Position numbers and translations under genes: made by a program
The notes under the pieces: generated by a model
Told to the model about the DNA's origin: nothing
Database searches by the model: none
The model's input: only the letters and a program-made list of their open reading frames with translations
Shown: piece after piece, positions 48,592 to 63,046 of the stretch
Layout: every line of letters begins with the position of its first letter
How positions within the stretch are numbered: the stretch's first letter is position 1
Source of the DNA: an uncultured Actinomycetes bacterium
GTDB taxonomy: Bacteria > Actinomycetota > Thermoleophilia > RBG-16-64-13
Direction: 5' to 3'
DNA: 64,000 nt
Assembly (NCBI GenBank): GCA_963841735.1
Contig: CAWJDT010000001.1
Span: forward strand, 1-64,000

Positions 48592-50706
48592 TACTCTTCA
48601 CCCTGCGTGTCTTTCGGCCCGGGATAGCGCACCCGGTGCCCCAGCAGCCCCAGCAGACTCGCGTCGAACGACTCGCTGAGGGTGTGAAGATCGCTCTGGG
48701 TGAGGGCCGATTCGTCCAACTGCCCGTCCTGGACCCTCTGCGTGATGACCTCCTGGATGACCCCCTGGATCTTGCGCCGGGTAGGAGTCTCAAGGGCGCG
48801 CACAGCCGCCTCCACGCCGTCGGCGAGCATGACGATGGCCGCCTCTTTCGATCTGGGCCTCTCGCTCTCGTACCGGTAGCTCTCCTCGTAGACCAGCTCC
48901 TTCGAGTTCTCCCGAGCCTTGTGATAGAAGAAGCTGAGCAGGGAGGTGCCGTGGTGCTGCTTGATGATGTCCACCACAGGTTGTGGCAGACCGTAGAGCC
49001 TGCCCAGATCCTCTCCGTCGCGCACGTGCGCAGTGATCGCCAGCTTGGATAGATTGGGACTCAGGTTGTCGTGCGGGTTGCCCACATAGATCTGGTTCTC
49101 GATGAAGTACTCCGGGCGCACTGTCTTACCGATGTCGTGGTAGTAGGCGCCCACTCGCGCCAGTGAGGAGTTCGCCCCGACCGCCTGGGCGGCGGCTTCG
49201 GCCAGGTTGCCCATCATGATGCTGTGATTGTAGGTGCCCGGAGCGACCTGCAAGAGCTTCTTGAGCAGCGGGTGGGCGGGATCTGCAAGTTCGAGCAGCC
49301 GCAGCGGAGTCGTCAGATTGAGGACCCCCTCCAGCAGTAGCAGCAGGAGGATGGTTAGGACGCCCACCAGGAAGCCGTTGCCGAACCCCCAAACAGACGC
49401 GCGTAGAGCCTCCCCCACGGTGGCCTCGGTGAAGATCTCAACGGTGAAGATCGTATACGCCGACGCGACCATCGCCACAAGGGCGGCCCCCAGCAGAGCC
49501 GCGCGCTTGGTGACCTTCGACACCAGGTACAACGACAAAGCCCCCGCCAGCAGAGCCGTGAGCGTGTAGCGCATGTCGAAATCGGTGAGCAACCCGATGT
49601 TGAGCGATGCCAGCACCACCATCAGGAGTGCGCTACGCGCGTTCAGGATGACAGTCACCACCATGCCCATCGCGGCAACAGGGAAGAGGTACGCCGAGAG
49701 CGGGTGGATCATCAACAGCCGGGCGATGACGGTGCCACCCAACAACAGAAACACCAGGGCCAGGAGCATGATATTCCCGTATTCCGGTGTCTTCGTGACC
49801 ATGTTGAAGCGGTAGAGCAGGCGCGAGAACACCGCCACCTCGAGCAGAACGACTAGGAAGACGCCAAGCCATACCTTCCAACCATGTCGCGTGCTGGTGA
49901 GGCCCAGCGCCCCGAGCGCCAGCATTTGCTGAGCAGTCACCGATTCCGCTTCCCGCACAACGATCTCGCCCTTATCGATCGAGAGCAAGATCGGGACCAC
50001 CTGCCGCATGACCTCTTCCCGGCGGGCCTGCGTCTGTCCCTCGTCCACCACCTGGTTGGGCCGCAGGTAGCCCGCCACAACCTCGTATACGGCGTCCGCG
50101 GCGACCTCCGACGTGGCCAGACCGTCGACGATGGAGCGCAGCCGGATCTTCGCGCCGTCGAGTGAGCCCGCGGTGAGACGGTAGGCGAAGAGCGTTGTGA
50201 GAGCTCCCGAGATCTGCCCTTGCACCAGGTCGTACGAACCGGCCTCCGCTGAAAGTAGGAATTGCAGCGTAGCGACCGAGACAGTAGCGGGCGCCACCTC
50301 AGCCAGCTGGGCTAGAGCGCTGTGAACATCCGGTGCGCCCGAAACCGTCTGCCTTAGACGCTCCGCCTCCTGCATGAAGATATCCAGCTCCGCGGACGCG
50401 GCGGGGAGCGCTCCGGAGTCGGGCAGGTAGACCGGCTCCACCAGTTCTGCCACCCGAGCCTTCGCCTCGTTGGTAGCCTCGACATCGACAACGGTGACGG
50501 GCTGGTCGGCCGTGACCGACCGAGGCGCCGGGACACCTTCGGAGAAGCCCCCCAGCGCGGGGACATAGACTGACCAGATGACGGCTGTGAGCCCAACGAC
50601 CAAACAGGACAGCAGCACCAGTTCGACTTTGCGAGGACTGCGGCTGTTCAACCCACTCCCGAAAGTCGGCAAGACGGCTACGTAGTTGGAAACTGCCCCG
50701 GTTCAT
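48591..50706 (-). CDS. 7TM-HD (HDIG) phosphodiesterase, PgpH-like (probable frameshift near 50653)
   Basis: APGTYNHS, YYHDIGK, QHHGT, MLADGVEA. Confidence 0.9.
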
Positions 50707-50723
50707 GAGTCATCGACCTGCCG

Positions 50724-51770
50724 TCACTCGCCCGGCACGGCAACGCCACGACCCCGGCGTTGCCGGTCGGCTGCGCCGTGGGGGTTGGAGCGCTTGACCG
50801 GCTGATGCTGCTCCGAGTACAGCTTGTACGCGGAGACGATGTCCTGCACCAGCTTGTGACGCACTACATCCTGGCTGTCGAAATATACAAAGGCGATGTC
50901 GGGGATGCCGACCAGAACCTCGCGCACGTTCACCAGCCCCGAATGCTGACCGCGAGGCAGGTCGATCTGGGTGATATCGCCGGTGACGATCATCTTGGCG
51001 CCGAAGCCCAGCCGAGTGAGAAACATCTTCATCTGCTCGGGACTGGTGTTCTGAGCTTCATCCAGGATTATCAGCGAGTCGTTCAAGGTGCGACCGCGCA
51101 TGTAGGCCAAAGGGGCGACTTCGATCGTGCCCCGCTGCAGGTGGTCGGTGAGACGCTCGGTGTCCATCATGTCGTACAGGGCATCGAAGAGAGGACGCAG
51201 ATAGGGGTCGACCTTCTCCATCAACCCTCCGGGAAGAAAACCGAGCTTCTCGCCCGCCTCCACGGCCGGCCGGGTGAGGATGATACGGGCCACCTCGCCC
51301 GAAAGCAGAGCCGCCGTCGCCATGGCCATAGCCAGGTAGGTCTTGCCGGTCCCGGCGGGCCCGATGCCGAATGTGATGGTGTTGGCCCTGATGGCATCCA
51401 CGTAGGCCTTCTGGTTGACGGTCTTGGGCCGGATGCGCCGGCCCCGGTGCTCCAGGATGACGTCGCTGACGATGCCACTCAGATCCCGAGTCCAGTCGTT
51501 GCCACCGCCGCTCAGGGACGCGGCCAATTCAAGAGTCGAGCGGTCTAGCCCCTGCCCCGACCCCAGAAGGGCCAGAAGCTCGTCCACCAAGGCTTCTCCC
51601 CGTTCCACCTCAACGGCCGGACCCTCCAGCGTCAACTGATTGCCCCGCAGGCTGATGTCGCAACCAAGCAGGCCCTCCAGGGTCCGCAGGTGCGCGTCGT
51701 GCTCCCCCACCAAGAGCGCCGCCACCCGGTTGTCTAGATCGATCCGCTTGGTGCGCTCAGCAGAGCTCAG
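50724..51770 (-). CDS. PhoH family ATPase
   Basis: GPAGTGKTYLA, YMRGRTL, LDEAQN, VVRHKLV; start uncertain (CTG 51770 or GTG 51725). Confidence 0.93.
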   Translation of the reverse strand: MSSAERTKRIDLDNRVAALLVGEHDAHLRTLEGLLGCDISLRGNQLTLEGPAVEVERGEALVDELLALLGSGQGLDRSTLELAASLSGGGNDWTRDLSGIVSDVILEHRGRRIRPKTVNQKAYVDAIRANTITFGIGPAGTGKTYLAMAMATAALLSGEVARIILTRPAVEAGEKLGFLPGGLMEKVDPYLRPLFDALYDMMDTERLTDHLQRGTIEVAPLAYMRGRTLNDSLIILDEAQNTSPEQMKMFLTRLGFGAKMIVTGDITQIDLPRGQHSGLVNVREVLVGIPDIAFVYFDSQDVVRHKLVQDIVSAYKLYSEQHQPVKRSNPHGAADRQRRGRGVAVPGE

Positions 51771-52210
51771 GACAAACGCTCCTTGACCAAGCGTGCTGCA
51801 AGCTTGCCGTCCACCCGCACACCGCCCTCAGCCATTACGACCGCCATGACCTTTCCCATCTCCTTGATGGACGATGCTCCGGTCTCGCCCACCACCCGGT
51901 CGATCAGCACCGATAGCTCTGCCTCTTCCATCTGTTTTGGCAGCAGCTCCTGGATGATACCCGCGGCGACTTCCTCGTGCACCACAAGATCCTCGCGACC
52001 TCCGGCCCGGAAGGCCTCGATCGACTCCTCCCGCTTCTTCAGCTCCCGGCGCAACACGGCCATCTCGGCGCTCTGATCCAACTCCTGCCGCGCCTGCTTC
52101 GCCTCTTTCTGCAGTTCGCACACCACCATGCGCAGCGCGACCACCCGCTCCTTGTCCCCGGCCTTCAGCGCCGCTTTGACCGATTCCTGCAATTCAGAGA
52201 GGATGCTCAC
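51767..52210 (-). CDS. GatB/YqeY domain protein
   Basis: KKREESIEAF..GGREDL, LPKQM, EMGKVM. Confidence 0.92.
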   Translation of the reverse strand: MSILSELQESVKAALKAGDKERVVALRMVVCELQKEAKQARQELDQSAEMAVLRRELKKREESIEAFRAGGREDLVVHEEVAAGIIQELLPKQMEEAELSVLIDRVVGETGASSIKEMGKVMAVVMAEGGVRVDGKLAARLVKERLS

Positions 52211-52548
52211 CGGAAGTCTCCTAGATCTTGGCCACCGAGTAGGTGGAAATGAAGGTGCATGACCTCCTGGCCGCCATCGGAACCCACGTTGGTCAATGTC
52301 CTATAGCCGCTTTCTTTGATGCCCACTTGCTGGGCGACACGCACGATGAATTGCAGGAGGGCGTGGCCCCGGCATCCGTCCTCGCCTTCCAGATCGTTTA
52401 GCGACGTCACGTGCTCTCTTGGCACCACCAGGATATGCTGGGGAGCTTTGGGGTGCAGGTCGCGAAAGGCGACGAAATCAGCGTCTTCCATGACCACAAC
52501 ACTGGGGATGTCCCCCTTGGCGATCCTACAGAATATGCAGTCGTCCAT
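52207..52548 (-). CDS. HIT family nucleotide-binding protein
   Basis: CIFCRI, GQEVMHLHFHLLGG. Confidence 0.93.
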   Translation of the reverse strand: MDDCIFCRIAKGDIPSVVVMEDADFVAFRDLHPKAPQHILVVPREHVTSLNDLEGEDGCRGHALLQFIVRVAQQVGIKESGYRTLTNVGSDGGQEVMHLHFHLLGGQDLGDFR

Positions 52549-52562
52549 GGCGGCTGATTATA

Positions 52563-53405
52563 CTACCAATCCCGCAGCAACAGACGCGCCGCGGCTACCG
52601 CGACCGGCCCCGCGGTCTCCGTTCTCAGTATGCTCCTGCCCAGCCGGACCGCCTCCACTCCGGCGGCGGCGAACTGGTCGAGTTCGGCCGCACTCCAGCC
52701 GCCCTGTGGCCCCACCCAAAGAGCGACTCCTTGGTCTTCCTGGCGCCGCCGCCCCCCTACGGCACCCCCCCGGGGGCCGTCGGGCCCGAGCCACTCCCAC
52801 AGGTCGGCCGAAGCGCTGGGTTCCAGCACAAGTGAAAACATACCTCTACCGGCAAGCGTCCCGAGAGCCTGACCGATGGAATCCGCCATCTCGACTTGCG
52901 GCACCTCCACCTGCTTACTCTGTTTGGCCGCCTCCAGGATGATACGGCGCCGGCGCTCCAGGCGGTCGGGCCGGGACTGCTCCGGCCGGTGAGGTGAGCC
53001 CGCGGTCTGCACCAGGATGAAGAAGCCGGCCCCCACCTCCGTCGCCTTCTCGAGAACATGATCGATCAGGGCGGGACGAGCCATCGCCTGGATCACGCCC
53101 ACCCGGATGCGATAGCCGCCTCCGGCAGAGTCCCCCTCCAGTAGCGACGTCAGTCTGACCTTCACGGGGTCCTGGTCGGAACTCACCGTGGCCGCGTAAA
53201 CGGCGGCCCCCACGGCCATCTCACACCGGTCTCCCAACGTCAGACGCAGCACCCGCAGAGCGTGGTGAGAATCCTTTTCATCCAAAGCCCATTCGGTGCC
53301 GGAAAGATCGGTGCCAGAAAGGTCCGTCCCCGGTCCGCCCGAGACGCCCCCCGGTGACGAGGCCCCCGACGGGCAGACGAAGAAGCGGGGACAGAAACCG
53401 GACAT
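52563..53405 (-). CDS. rsmE: 16S rRNA m3U1498 methyltransferase
   Basis: HALRVLRL, EKATEVG, VGPQGG, LGRSILRTETA. Confidence 0.92.
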   Translation of the reverse strand: MSGFCPRFFVCPSGASSPGGVSGGPGTDLSGTDLSGTEWALDEKDSHHALRVLRLTLGDRCEMAVGAAVYAATVSSDQDPVKVRLTSLLEGDSAGGGYRIRVGVIQAMARPALIDHVLEKATEVGAGFFILVQTAGSPHRPEQSRPDRLERRRRIILEAAKQSKQVEVPQVEMADSIGQALGTLAGRGMFSLVLEPSASADLWEWLGPDGPRGGAVGGRRRQEDQGVALWVGPQGGWSAAELDQFAAAGVEAVRLGRSILRTETAGPVAVAAARLLLRDW

Positions 53406-53414
53406 CCGGCAGTC

Positions 53415-54740
53415 CTACCTCGGACCGGAAGCGCCGGCTATAAGATCCAGCACGGCCTCTAGCCCCTCATCCACGTCGGCGGTCTGCGGATCGTCGGGCG
53501 CGACTACATCGGGCGTGATGCCCGTGGCGTTGATGTCGCGGCCATTGGGGGTCAGATATATTTGAGTGGTGACCTTGATGGCTCCGCCGTTACTCAGCGA
53601 CTCCAGAGTCTGCACCAAGCCCTTGCCGAAAGTCGTCTCGCCCACCAGGGTAGCCCGCCGGTGGTCCTGCAACGCTCCCGACACGATCTCAGAGGCGCTG
53701 GCGGAGTATTCGTCCACCAACACGTAGAGAGGCACGTCGACAAAGGCGTCTCCAGTCGCGCTGAGGACCTCCTTGGCGTAGTGCAGACCTTGCGTGCTGA
53801 CGATCACCCCGGTATCGATGAAAATGCTGGCCACGTCGATGGCCGACGTCAGCAGCCCCCCGGGGTTGCTCCGCAGGTCGAGAATGATCGCAGCTACCTT
53901 ATCGATCTGCACGGCGGCCGTCACCTCGGCCCTCAGATCGTCGGCAGAGGCCTGGGCAAACTGGTACAGAGAGATCAACGCCACCTTCTTACCAGCGACA
54001 GTGCGGGTCTCGCTATCGGTGCTGGGGATGGTGATCTCTTTTCGCGTGAGGGTGTAATCCTTGCTCTCTCCGCCGTCGGTCAGGCCGGACAGATCAACGG
54101 TGGGGTCGCCCTCATCCTCGGTGGCCCGCGCGTCCGTAGTGGTCGTGGTACTGCTGCTTGTGGCGGTCGTAGTCGTGGGGGGAGTGACCGCCGGACGCCA
54201 CATCTTGAGAACCACCGTGGTATCGGCTGGGCCTTTTATATCCCCCACCACTTGGTCCAGGGTGCGGCCCTCCGAGGACACTCCGTCCACAGCCAAGACC
54301 ACGTCGCCTTGCTCAATACCCGCCGCCGCGGCCGGAGACTCTTCGAACACGGCGGCCGCGGTGACCAGGTGGTCCTTCATCGCCACCACGATGCCCACCC
54401 CGCTGTACGATCCGGAAGTCTGCTCTTTCCACGAGGTGTACTCCTCAGGGTCCATGTAGACGGTGTAGGGATCGTCCAGCCCGGCCAACATGCCGTCTAT
54501 GGCGCCCACTTGCAGCACCTCAGGATCGATCTCCTTGTAGTACGACTGCTCCAGCTTGTCTATGACCTCCTGCTGAAGTGCGTGGTCGCCTACCGACGAA
54601 CCCACGCCGAAGACGTCGTGCACCGCGCCCCCTATCTGGGGGTCCATGCCCAGGAGAAAACCGGTGAACACCAAGAGGACGGCGATCAGGAGCGACCACG
54701 CCGTCAAGAAGGTCCTCCTACCGCTATGCATGTCCGGCAA
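53415..54740 (-). CDS. S41 family C-terminal processing peptidase (PDZ)
   Basis: DPYTVY, DLRSNPGG, SASASE, TFGKG. Confidence 0.93.
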   Translation of the reverse strand: MPDMHSGRRTFLTAWSLLIAVLLVFTGFLLGMDPQIGGAVHDVFGVGSSVGDHALQQEVIDKLEQSYYKEIDPEVLQVGAIDGMLAGLDDPYTVYMDPEEYTSWKEQTSGSYSGVGIVVAMKDHLVTAAAVFEESPAAAAGIEQGDVVLAVDGVSSEGRTLDQVVGDIKGPADTTVVLKMWRPAVTPPTTTTATSSSTTTTTDARATEDEGDPTVDLSGLTDGGESKDYTLTRKEITIPSTDSETRTVAGKKVALISLYQFAQASADDLRAEVTAAVQIDKVAAIILDLRSNPGGLLTSAIDVASIFIDTGVIVSTQGLHYAKEVLSATGDAFVDVPLYVLVDEYSASASEIVSGALQDHRRATLVGETTFGKGLVQTLESLSNGGAIKVTTQIYLTPNGRDINATGITPDVVAPDDPQTADVDEGLEAVLDLIAGASGPR

Positions 54741-54750
54741 CGGTCAGACC

Positions 54751-55647
54751 CTAGATCTTGAGGAAGCGTCGTAGTCCCAGAGCCGAACCGATGGCGCCTA
54801 TGACCACTCCCACACCCAGCAGGACCAGCGTGACCGAGACAGAGGGCACCGCGTCCAGTGGGATGGTCAAGAACAGGATGCTCGCCTTCAGCTTGCCCGC
54901 AAGATAGCCGTTGAGCACCAGAAGAGTGGCCGCCGCCATCAGAGCACCAAAGAACCCAACCGTGACTCCTTCGATCAAGAAAGGCCATCGGATGAACCAG
55001 TTGGTCGCCCCCACCAGCTTCATGATCTCGACCTCCCGCTTGCGCGCAAAGATGGAGAGCCGGATGGTGTTGGAGATGAGCAAGATGGCCACCACTCCCA
55101 AGAGCACAATGAAGATGAGCATGAAGTTACGGGCACCCGACGTGAAGGTGAAGAGCTTGTCGGCGATGTCCTTGCCAAACTTGACTTCATCGATGATCTC
55201 GTTGCCGGGGTCTTCGGCCTCGATCTGCCGTTTCACCTGATCGGCCGCCTGTGGGTCGATGAGGCTGACCTCAAGAGACGCAGGCAGTGGGTTGGAGGAC
55301 AGGTTCTCCCAGATCTCCGGCTTGTCTGGCCACCACTCCTTCATCCGCTCGAGAGCCTCGGCTTTGCTTATGAATTCACAGGACCTGACCTCGGGCCAGC
55401 TGCGGATCTCGGTCTGCAGGGCGGTGATCTGCTCTGTGTCCGGATCGGGCTTGGTCTTGAAGTAGACCGTGATCTCCACCTTCTGCTCCACCTCCACCAG
55501 CAGGGCGTCGGTGGTGAAGACGAAGACCAGCACTCCCCCCAGCACAAGCATGGAGAGAAAGACAGTGACCAGGGCTGCGACGGTCATGAAGTAGTTGCGC
55601 TTGAGAGACCCGAAAGCCTCCTTGAGGAAGAAGCTAATCTTCCCCAT
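54751..55647 (-). CDS. ftsX: Cell division permease FtsX
   Basis: NPLPAS, NTIRLSIFARKREVEIMKLVGAT. Confidence 0.94.
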   Translation of the reverse strand: MGKISFFLKEAFGSLKRNYFMTVAALVTVFLSMLVLGGVLVFVFTTDALLVEVEQKVEITVYFKTKPDPDTEQITALQTEIRSWPEVRSCEFISKAEALERMKEWWPDKPEIWENLSSNPLPASLEVSLIDPQAADQVKRQIEAEDPGNEIIDEVKFGKDIADKLFTFTSGARNFMLIFIVLLGVVAILLISNTIRLSIFARKREVEIMKLVGATNWFIRWPFLIEGVTVGFFGALMAAATLLVLNGYLAGKLKASILFLTIPLDAVPSVSVTLVLLGVGVVIGAIGSALGLRRFLKI

Positions 55648-56317
55648 AACCGCCTCGTTTCTGGTCGCGCACTACCCGTCCCCCGTCGAGCGCTATCACG
55701 CGTCGGCGCATACGGTCCACCATTTCTCGGTCGTGCGTGGCCATGACCACGGTCGTCCCGGTCTTGTTGATGCGGTAAAGCAACTGCATGATACCCAGAG
55801 AAGTCTCGGGGTCGAGGTTCCCAGTGGGCTCGTCGGCTATCAGTAGGGGCGGATGGTTCACGAACGCCCGGGCGATGGACACCCTCTGCTGCTCGCCACC
55901 CGACAGCTCGGTCGGAAGGCTGCCCGCCTTGTGACCAAGGCCCACTAGCGAAAGCATCTCGGCCGCCTTCTTCTTGGAGGCGCTGGTGGCATTGCCGGTG
56001 ACAACCAGAGCGTACATGACGTTCTCGAAGGCAGTCTTGTTGGTTAGAAGCTTAAAGTCCTGGAACACACAGCCGATGTTGCGCCGCAAGTAGGGCACCT
56101 TCCACCTCCGCAGGGAGGCCAGATCGCGCCCGCCCACGCTGATACGTCCCCTGTCGGGCTCTATCTCGCGGATAAGCAGGCGGATGAAGGTGGACTTTCC
56201 CGAGCCGGACGGCCCGACAAGAAAGACGAACTCACCCTTCTCGATATGAAGACTGACCCTCTCCAGGCCGACTGTGCTCGGGGGGTAGACCTTGGTTACG
56301 TCTTCGAAAATGATCAC
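55634..56317 (-). CDS. ftsE: Cell division ATPase FtsE
   Basis: [25 protein letters not shown]. Confidence 0.95.
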   Translation of the reverse strand: MIIFEDVTKVYPPSTVGLERVSLHIEKGEFVFLVGPSGSGKSTFIRLLIREIEPDRGRISVGGRDLASLRRWKVPYLRRNIGCVFQDFKLLTNKTAFENVMYALVVTGNATSASKKKAAEMLSLVGLGHKAGSLPTELSGGEQQRVSIARAFVNHPPLLIADEPTGNLDPETSLGIMQLLYRINKTGTTVVMATHDREMVDRMRRRVIALDGGRVVRDQKRGGYGED

Positions 56318-56414
56318 GGGCTACCTACAACCTCCGTCTTAGGACTTCTAGCCAGTATTCTGCGAGGCTCTGGAAAAGCCTGCCATCTTCCGAGGAACAT
56401 CGCGCACCGACCGA

Positions 56415-57585
56415 CTAGGTCGCACGTACGCCCCATTTCCCCGTCGACCTTTGCCAGACATACTCCCTAATGAATTCGTCTATGGCGCCGTCGAGAACAG
56501 CCTCGACATTGCCCTTTTCGTAGTTGGTGCGATGGTCTTTGACCAGGGTGTACGGAGCCAGAACATAAGAGCGGATCTGGCTGCCCCAGGCGATCTCTTT
56601 GTGCTCCCCCTTCTCCCGAGCCATCTCCTGCTCCCGCTTTTCGTGCTCAAGTAGCAGCAGTTTGCCGCGCAACATGCGCATGGCCGTTTCCTTGTTCTGG
56701 AGCTGCGAGCGCTCGTTCTGGCACTGGACGACCGTCTTGCTGGGGATATGCGTGATCCTGACAGCCGAGTCGGTCTTGTTGACGTGTTGGCCTCCAGCTC
56801 CCTGGGAGCGATACGTCTCGATCCGCAGTTCCTTGTCGTCGATCTCCAACTCCACCGCGCCGTCGATCAGCGGGGTGACGTCGACCGACGCAAAAGAGGT
56901 GTGTCGCCGCGCGGCCGAATCGAACGGGGACATGCGCACCAGCCGGTGCACCCCTCGTTCGGTGGAGAGCAGACCGTAGGCGTTCTCGCCGTGCACGGTG
57001 AAGGTGGCACTCTTGATACCGGCCTCGTCGCCCTCGCTGGCCTCGTTCATCTCCACCGAGAATCCTCTCCTCTGGGTCCAACGCAGATACATGCGCAACA
57101 GCATCTCCGCCCAGTCTTGGCTCTCCGTGCCCCCGGCCCCCGGGTGGATGCTGACAATGGCGTCACCTGCGTCAAACTCCCCGGTAAACAGACGCTGCTC
57201 TTCCAGGAGCTCAAGAATGCTGCCCACGTCAGCGCTCAGCCGCCCGACCTCGTCCTCAATCTCCGGCGGCAGCTGTTCGCCGTCGCCCTCCTCCGCGGCC
57301 ATCTCCAACGCCACTTCCAGGTCGCCCATCTGCGCGGCCAGGTGATCGTAGTCCTCCAGGCGGCCTTTGAGGCGACTGTAGCGGGTGCCCACCTCCTGAG
57401 CATGACTCTGGTCGTCCCAGTAGTCAGGGGCGCGCATCGCCTCCTCGAGAGCGGCGATATCGGCTTTCAGTAAGGCGGGGTCAAAGATAGTCCCTTGCCC
57501 ACGAGAACTTATCGCGGAAAACCGCCATGAGATCACGATATTCGGCAAGGGACGGTGCGGTCTGCTTATCTGTCTTCTCAGCCAT
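56415..57585 (-). CDS. prfB: Peptide chain release factor 2 with programmed +1 frameshift at CTT TGA C (57486-57480)
   Basis: ATG 57585 MAEKTD...ARDYL*, AGGGAC TAT CTT TGA C shift site; SPF and GGQ motifs. Confidence 0.95.
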
Positions 57586-57685
57586 GTGACGGAGGATTAT
57601 ACAGCGGTGCGGGCCAGGGGCCAAGTCACCACAAGACGAGCGCAGACGCGGCGGCCAAGCCGTCCAGGATGGGCGCCGCCGGCGC

Positions 57686-57849
57686 TAGTCGCTCGCCGGG
57701 CAGGGATGACGCGCCGCCAGGCTGCGCCGGGTACGCGTGAGGCAAGAACGCAGGGAGCTCCCGTAGCAGCGCTACGGGAGCGACTGAGGACGAAGTATCA
57801 CGCCGCCCGGTGCAGACTCGGCGGCCAAGCATCCTTGCCCGGCGAGCGA

Positions 57850-57852
<3 letters not shown>
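57686..57852. repeat. 167-bp nested palindromic (MITE/REP-like) element
   Basis: 23-bp terminal IR (1 mismatch) with nested stems ending in GCTCCCGTAGC-AGC-GCTACGGGAGC. Confidence 0.75.
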
Positions 57853-60477
<2,625 letters not shown>

Positions 60478-60556
60478 TGATCGCGCCTACCACGCGGGGG
60501 CAGCCCACGATACCGGCAGCCGGCACCGCGAACCGGCCCGTTTGTTTGCCGGCCTT

Positions 60557-61123
60557 CTAGCGCTCAGCCTCTATGAGGCCGTAGTTGCCGTCGCGACGCC
60601 GATAGACCACCGCGGTCTCATTGGTCTCGGAGCTGGTGAAGACATAGAAATCATGCCCCACCAACTCCAACTGAAGCGCCGCTTCTTCGGGGGTCATGGG
60701 CTTGATCATGAAGTGCTTCGTCTTGACGATGAGAGGAAGGGCAGACTCCTCTTCGACCTCCTCATGGTCTTCGAGAAGCATGAAGCCCTCAGAAGCCAAG
60801 GCCTCTTTCGGTGCTCCCTGATGGTGCGAGGCGATCTTGCCCCGGTACTTCTTCACCTGGCGCTCGAGCTTGGCGAATACCAGGTCGATGGAGGCATGCA
60901 TGTCGGGTGAGGCTTCCTTCGCCCGTATCACCGGACCCTTGGTGAAGATGGTGGCTTCGACCACCTGGTTGTCGGAGATGCTGGGATTCTTCTCGGTCCA
61001 CAATTCGACTTCACAGCGAGAGCCGTCGGCTAGGTACTTGCCCAGCTTCCCCATCTTCTCCTCGGCATAGGCGCTGATCGCATCGGTTAGAACTAGGTTT
61101 CTGCCTTTGACCGTGAGATTCAC
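60557..61123 (-). CDS. hpf: Ribosome hibernation promoting factor (long HPF)
   Basis: VKGRNLVLT, DMHASID, KPMTPEEA, VYRRRDGNYGLIE. Confidence 0.93.
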   Translation of the reverse strand: MNLTVKGRNLVLTDAISAYAEEKMGKLGKYLADGSRCEVELWTEKNPSISDNQVVEATIFTKGPVIRAKEASPDMHASIDLVFAKLERQVKKYRGKIASHHQGAPKEALASEGFMLLEDHEEVEEESALPLIVKTKHFMIKPMTPEEAALQLELVGHDFYVFTSSETNETAVVYRRRDGNYGLIEAER

Positions 61124-61227
61124 GCTTGCACCGCTCCTTGACTAGTCATGCCACCTGGATAGAACAATCGCCGGGCGCACCCGGCGCCGTCGCACTCGGA
61201 CGATAAGAGATACAGATAATACCCCCT

Positions 61228-62025
61228 TCAGTCATGTCTTTCAGTCGCACCGGACACGGCCCGAGAGAAAGTGAACACGTGTACTGGTATCCCGATACCC
61301 GAGACCAGCACTGAAGACACTTCCCGGGCAGTCGCTCCTGTGGTGTAGACGTCGTCGACCAGCACGACGGCCTCGGTTTTCCGAGGTAGCTGCGACACGG
61401 CGACTTCGTCCAACGCGAACACCCCACCGAGGTTCGCCTGCCGGCCGACCTTGCCCAGACCCTTCTGATGCTTGGTCGTCCTGGTCTTGCGCACTAAGGC
61501 CGTCCGCCGCAGTGGCCGCGGGCCCGCGGCCAAGGCCCGGGCCAGCAGTTCCGCTTGGTTGTACCCTCGCTGCCGTTGAAGAGCGCGATGACACGGCACC
61601 CAGGTGACCACCAACCCATCGCGGCAGCCGGCGGAGCCGACGAAATCGGTGAACATGGGCCTAGCCAGATCGGCCATCACCCGACCCAAGACAGGCTGGC
61701 CGCCGAACTTGAACTCAGCCACCAAACGGCGAGCCGTTCCCACATGTCGAAACGCCGCCCGAGCGCGGGAATACGAGAACTCCGCGGCCATGCAGCGGGC
61801 ACAGCGGCCGGCCACCAGTGGAACCGGGCCCGGTTCGCCACAACGGGGACAGCAGTCGGGTCCTATCGCGTCCAGACTGCTCCGGCAGGCCGCGCAGAGA
61901 TGAGATTCGAAGTCTCCGCAGCCGACACATCGGGGCGGAAAGAGCACCGAGAGCACAGGCTCGGCGATGGCGCTGCACCAAGTGCGCGCCGCTTCGACCA
62001 GATCGTGCGCACGGGCGTCGTTCAC
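61228..62025 (-). CDS. comF: ComF family phosphoribosyltransferase with double zinc ribbon
   Basis: FPPRCVGC, RGYNQAELLA, VLVDDVYTTGAT. Confidence 0.9.
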   Translation of the reverse strand: MNDARAHDLVEAARTWCSAIAEPVLSVLFPPRCVGCGDFESHLCAACRSSLDAIGPDCCPRCGEPGPVPLVAGRCARCMAAEFSYSRARAAFRHVGTARRLVAEFKFGGQPVLGRVMADLARPMFTDFVGSAGCRDGLVVTWVPCHRALQRQRGYNQAELLARALAAGPRPLRRTALVRKTRTTKHQKGLGKVGRQANLGGVFALDEVAVSQLPRKTEAVVLVDDVYTTGATAREVSSVLVSGIGIPVHVFTFSRAVSGATERHD

Positions 62026-62032
62026 GCCAGTG

Positions 62033-63046
62033 TCAGCCCGGTCCGTCGGCTTGTGGCGCCGCGCCGACCGCTCTTTGTCCAATGATTCCGTCGACCACCA
62101 GCGACCCTGGGAGCAACCGGGAATGCGAGAGAACGAGGGCCCGCGCGAGATGCGCGCCCGCGCCCACCAAGCACCCATCGCCGATGACGGTCGGGCCCAC
62201 TATCACCACATCCTCACCGACCTCGCAGTTGGCCCCGATGACCACCGGGGGCTCGATCCGCGCCGATGGCGCCAGCCGGGTACCGTCGTCCACCCACACT
62301 CCCGGACGGATCTCGGTGCCGGGGATCTCGACTTCCACCCGCCTGGCCATAGCGTCCGCGTTGCCTCGGATGAACTCCCTGAGATTGCCCACGTCGCTCC
62401 AGTAGCCATCGACCGCGTGAGCATGGAAGCGGACACCCTGCGCTCAGCAGGTCGGGAAAGAGCCTCTTGCCGAAGTCGTCGAACCGACCCGGGGGGATAT
62501 GCGACAGGATCTCGGGCTCAAGGACATATATGCCGCAGTTGCACAGGCGAGAGCGGGCTTCTTCGCGGGTGGGCTTCTCCTGGAAACCCACGACCCTGCC
62601 CGTGTCGTCGGCCACCACCACGCCGTAGAGGCTGGGATCGGCTCACCTCTTTGACCGCCATGGTGGCGATGGACCCCGTGCGCCGGTGCGCGAACGATCA
62701 GCCCGGTGAGGTCGATGTCGGTGAGGGAGTCGCCGCTCATCACCAGGAACGTGCCGCCGCCCAAGAAGTCGGCGTTGTTCTTCACTCCGCCGGCCGTGCC
62801 CAGCAGTTCTGGCTCGAAGGAGTAGCTGATATCCATGCCCATCCGGCTACCGTCGCCGAAGTAGTCGGTGATCGACATCGGGAAGATGGTGCAGGTTGAT
62901 CACCACTTCCCGCAGGCCGTGGCGCTGCAGGAGGCGCAGGATGTGGTAGAGCGCAGGCCTGTTGACTATGGGAGCCATCGGCTTCGGTATGACGTCGGTG
63001 ACGGGACGCAGCCTCGTCCCGATCCCGGCGGCCATGATCATGACCC

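Noticed and set aside
57478-57495. In-frame TGA early in prfB
   Set aside because: It is the well-known programmed +1 frameshift (SD-like AGGGAC, CTT TGA C); neither novel nor an error
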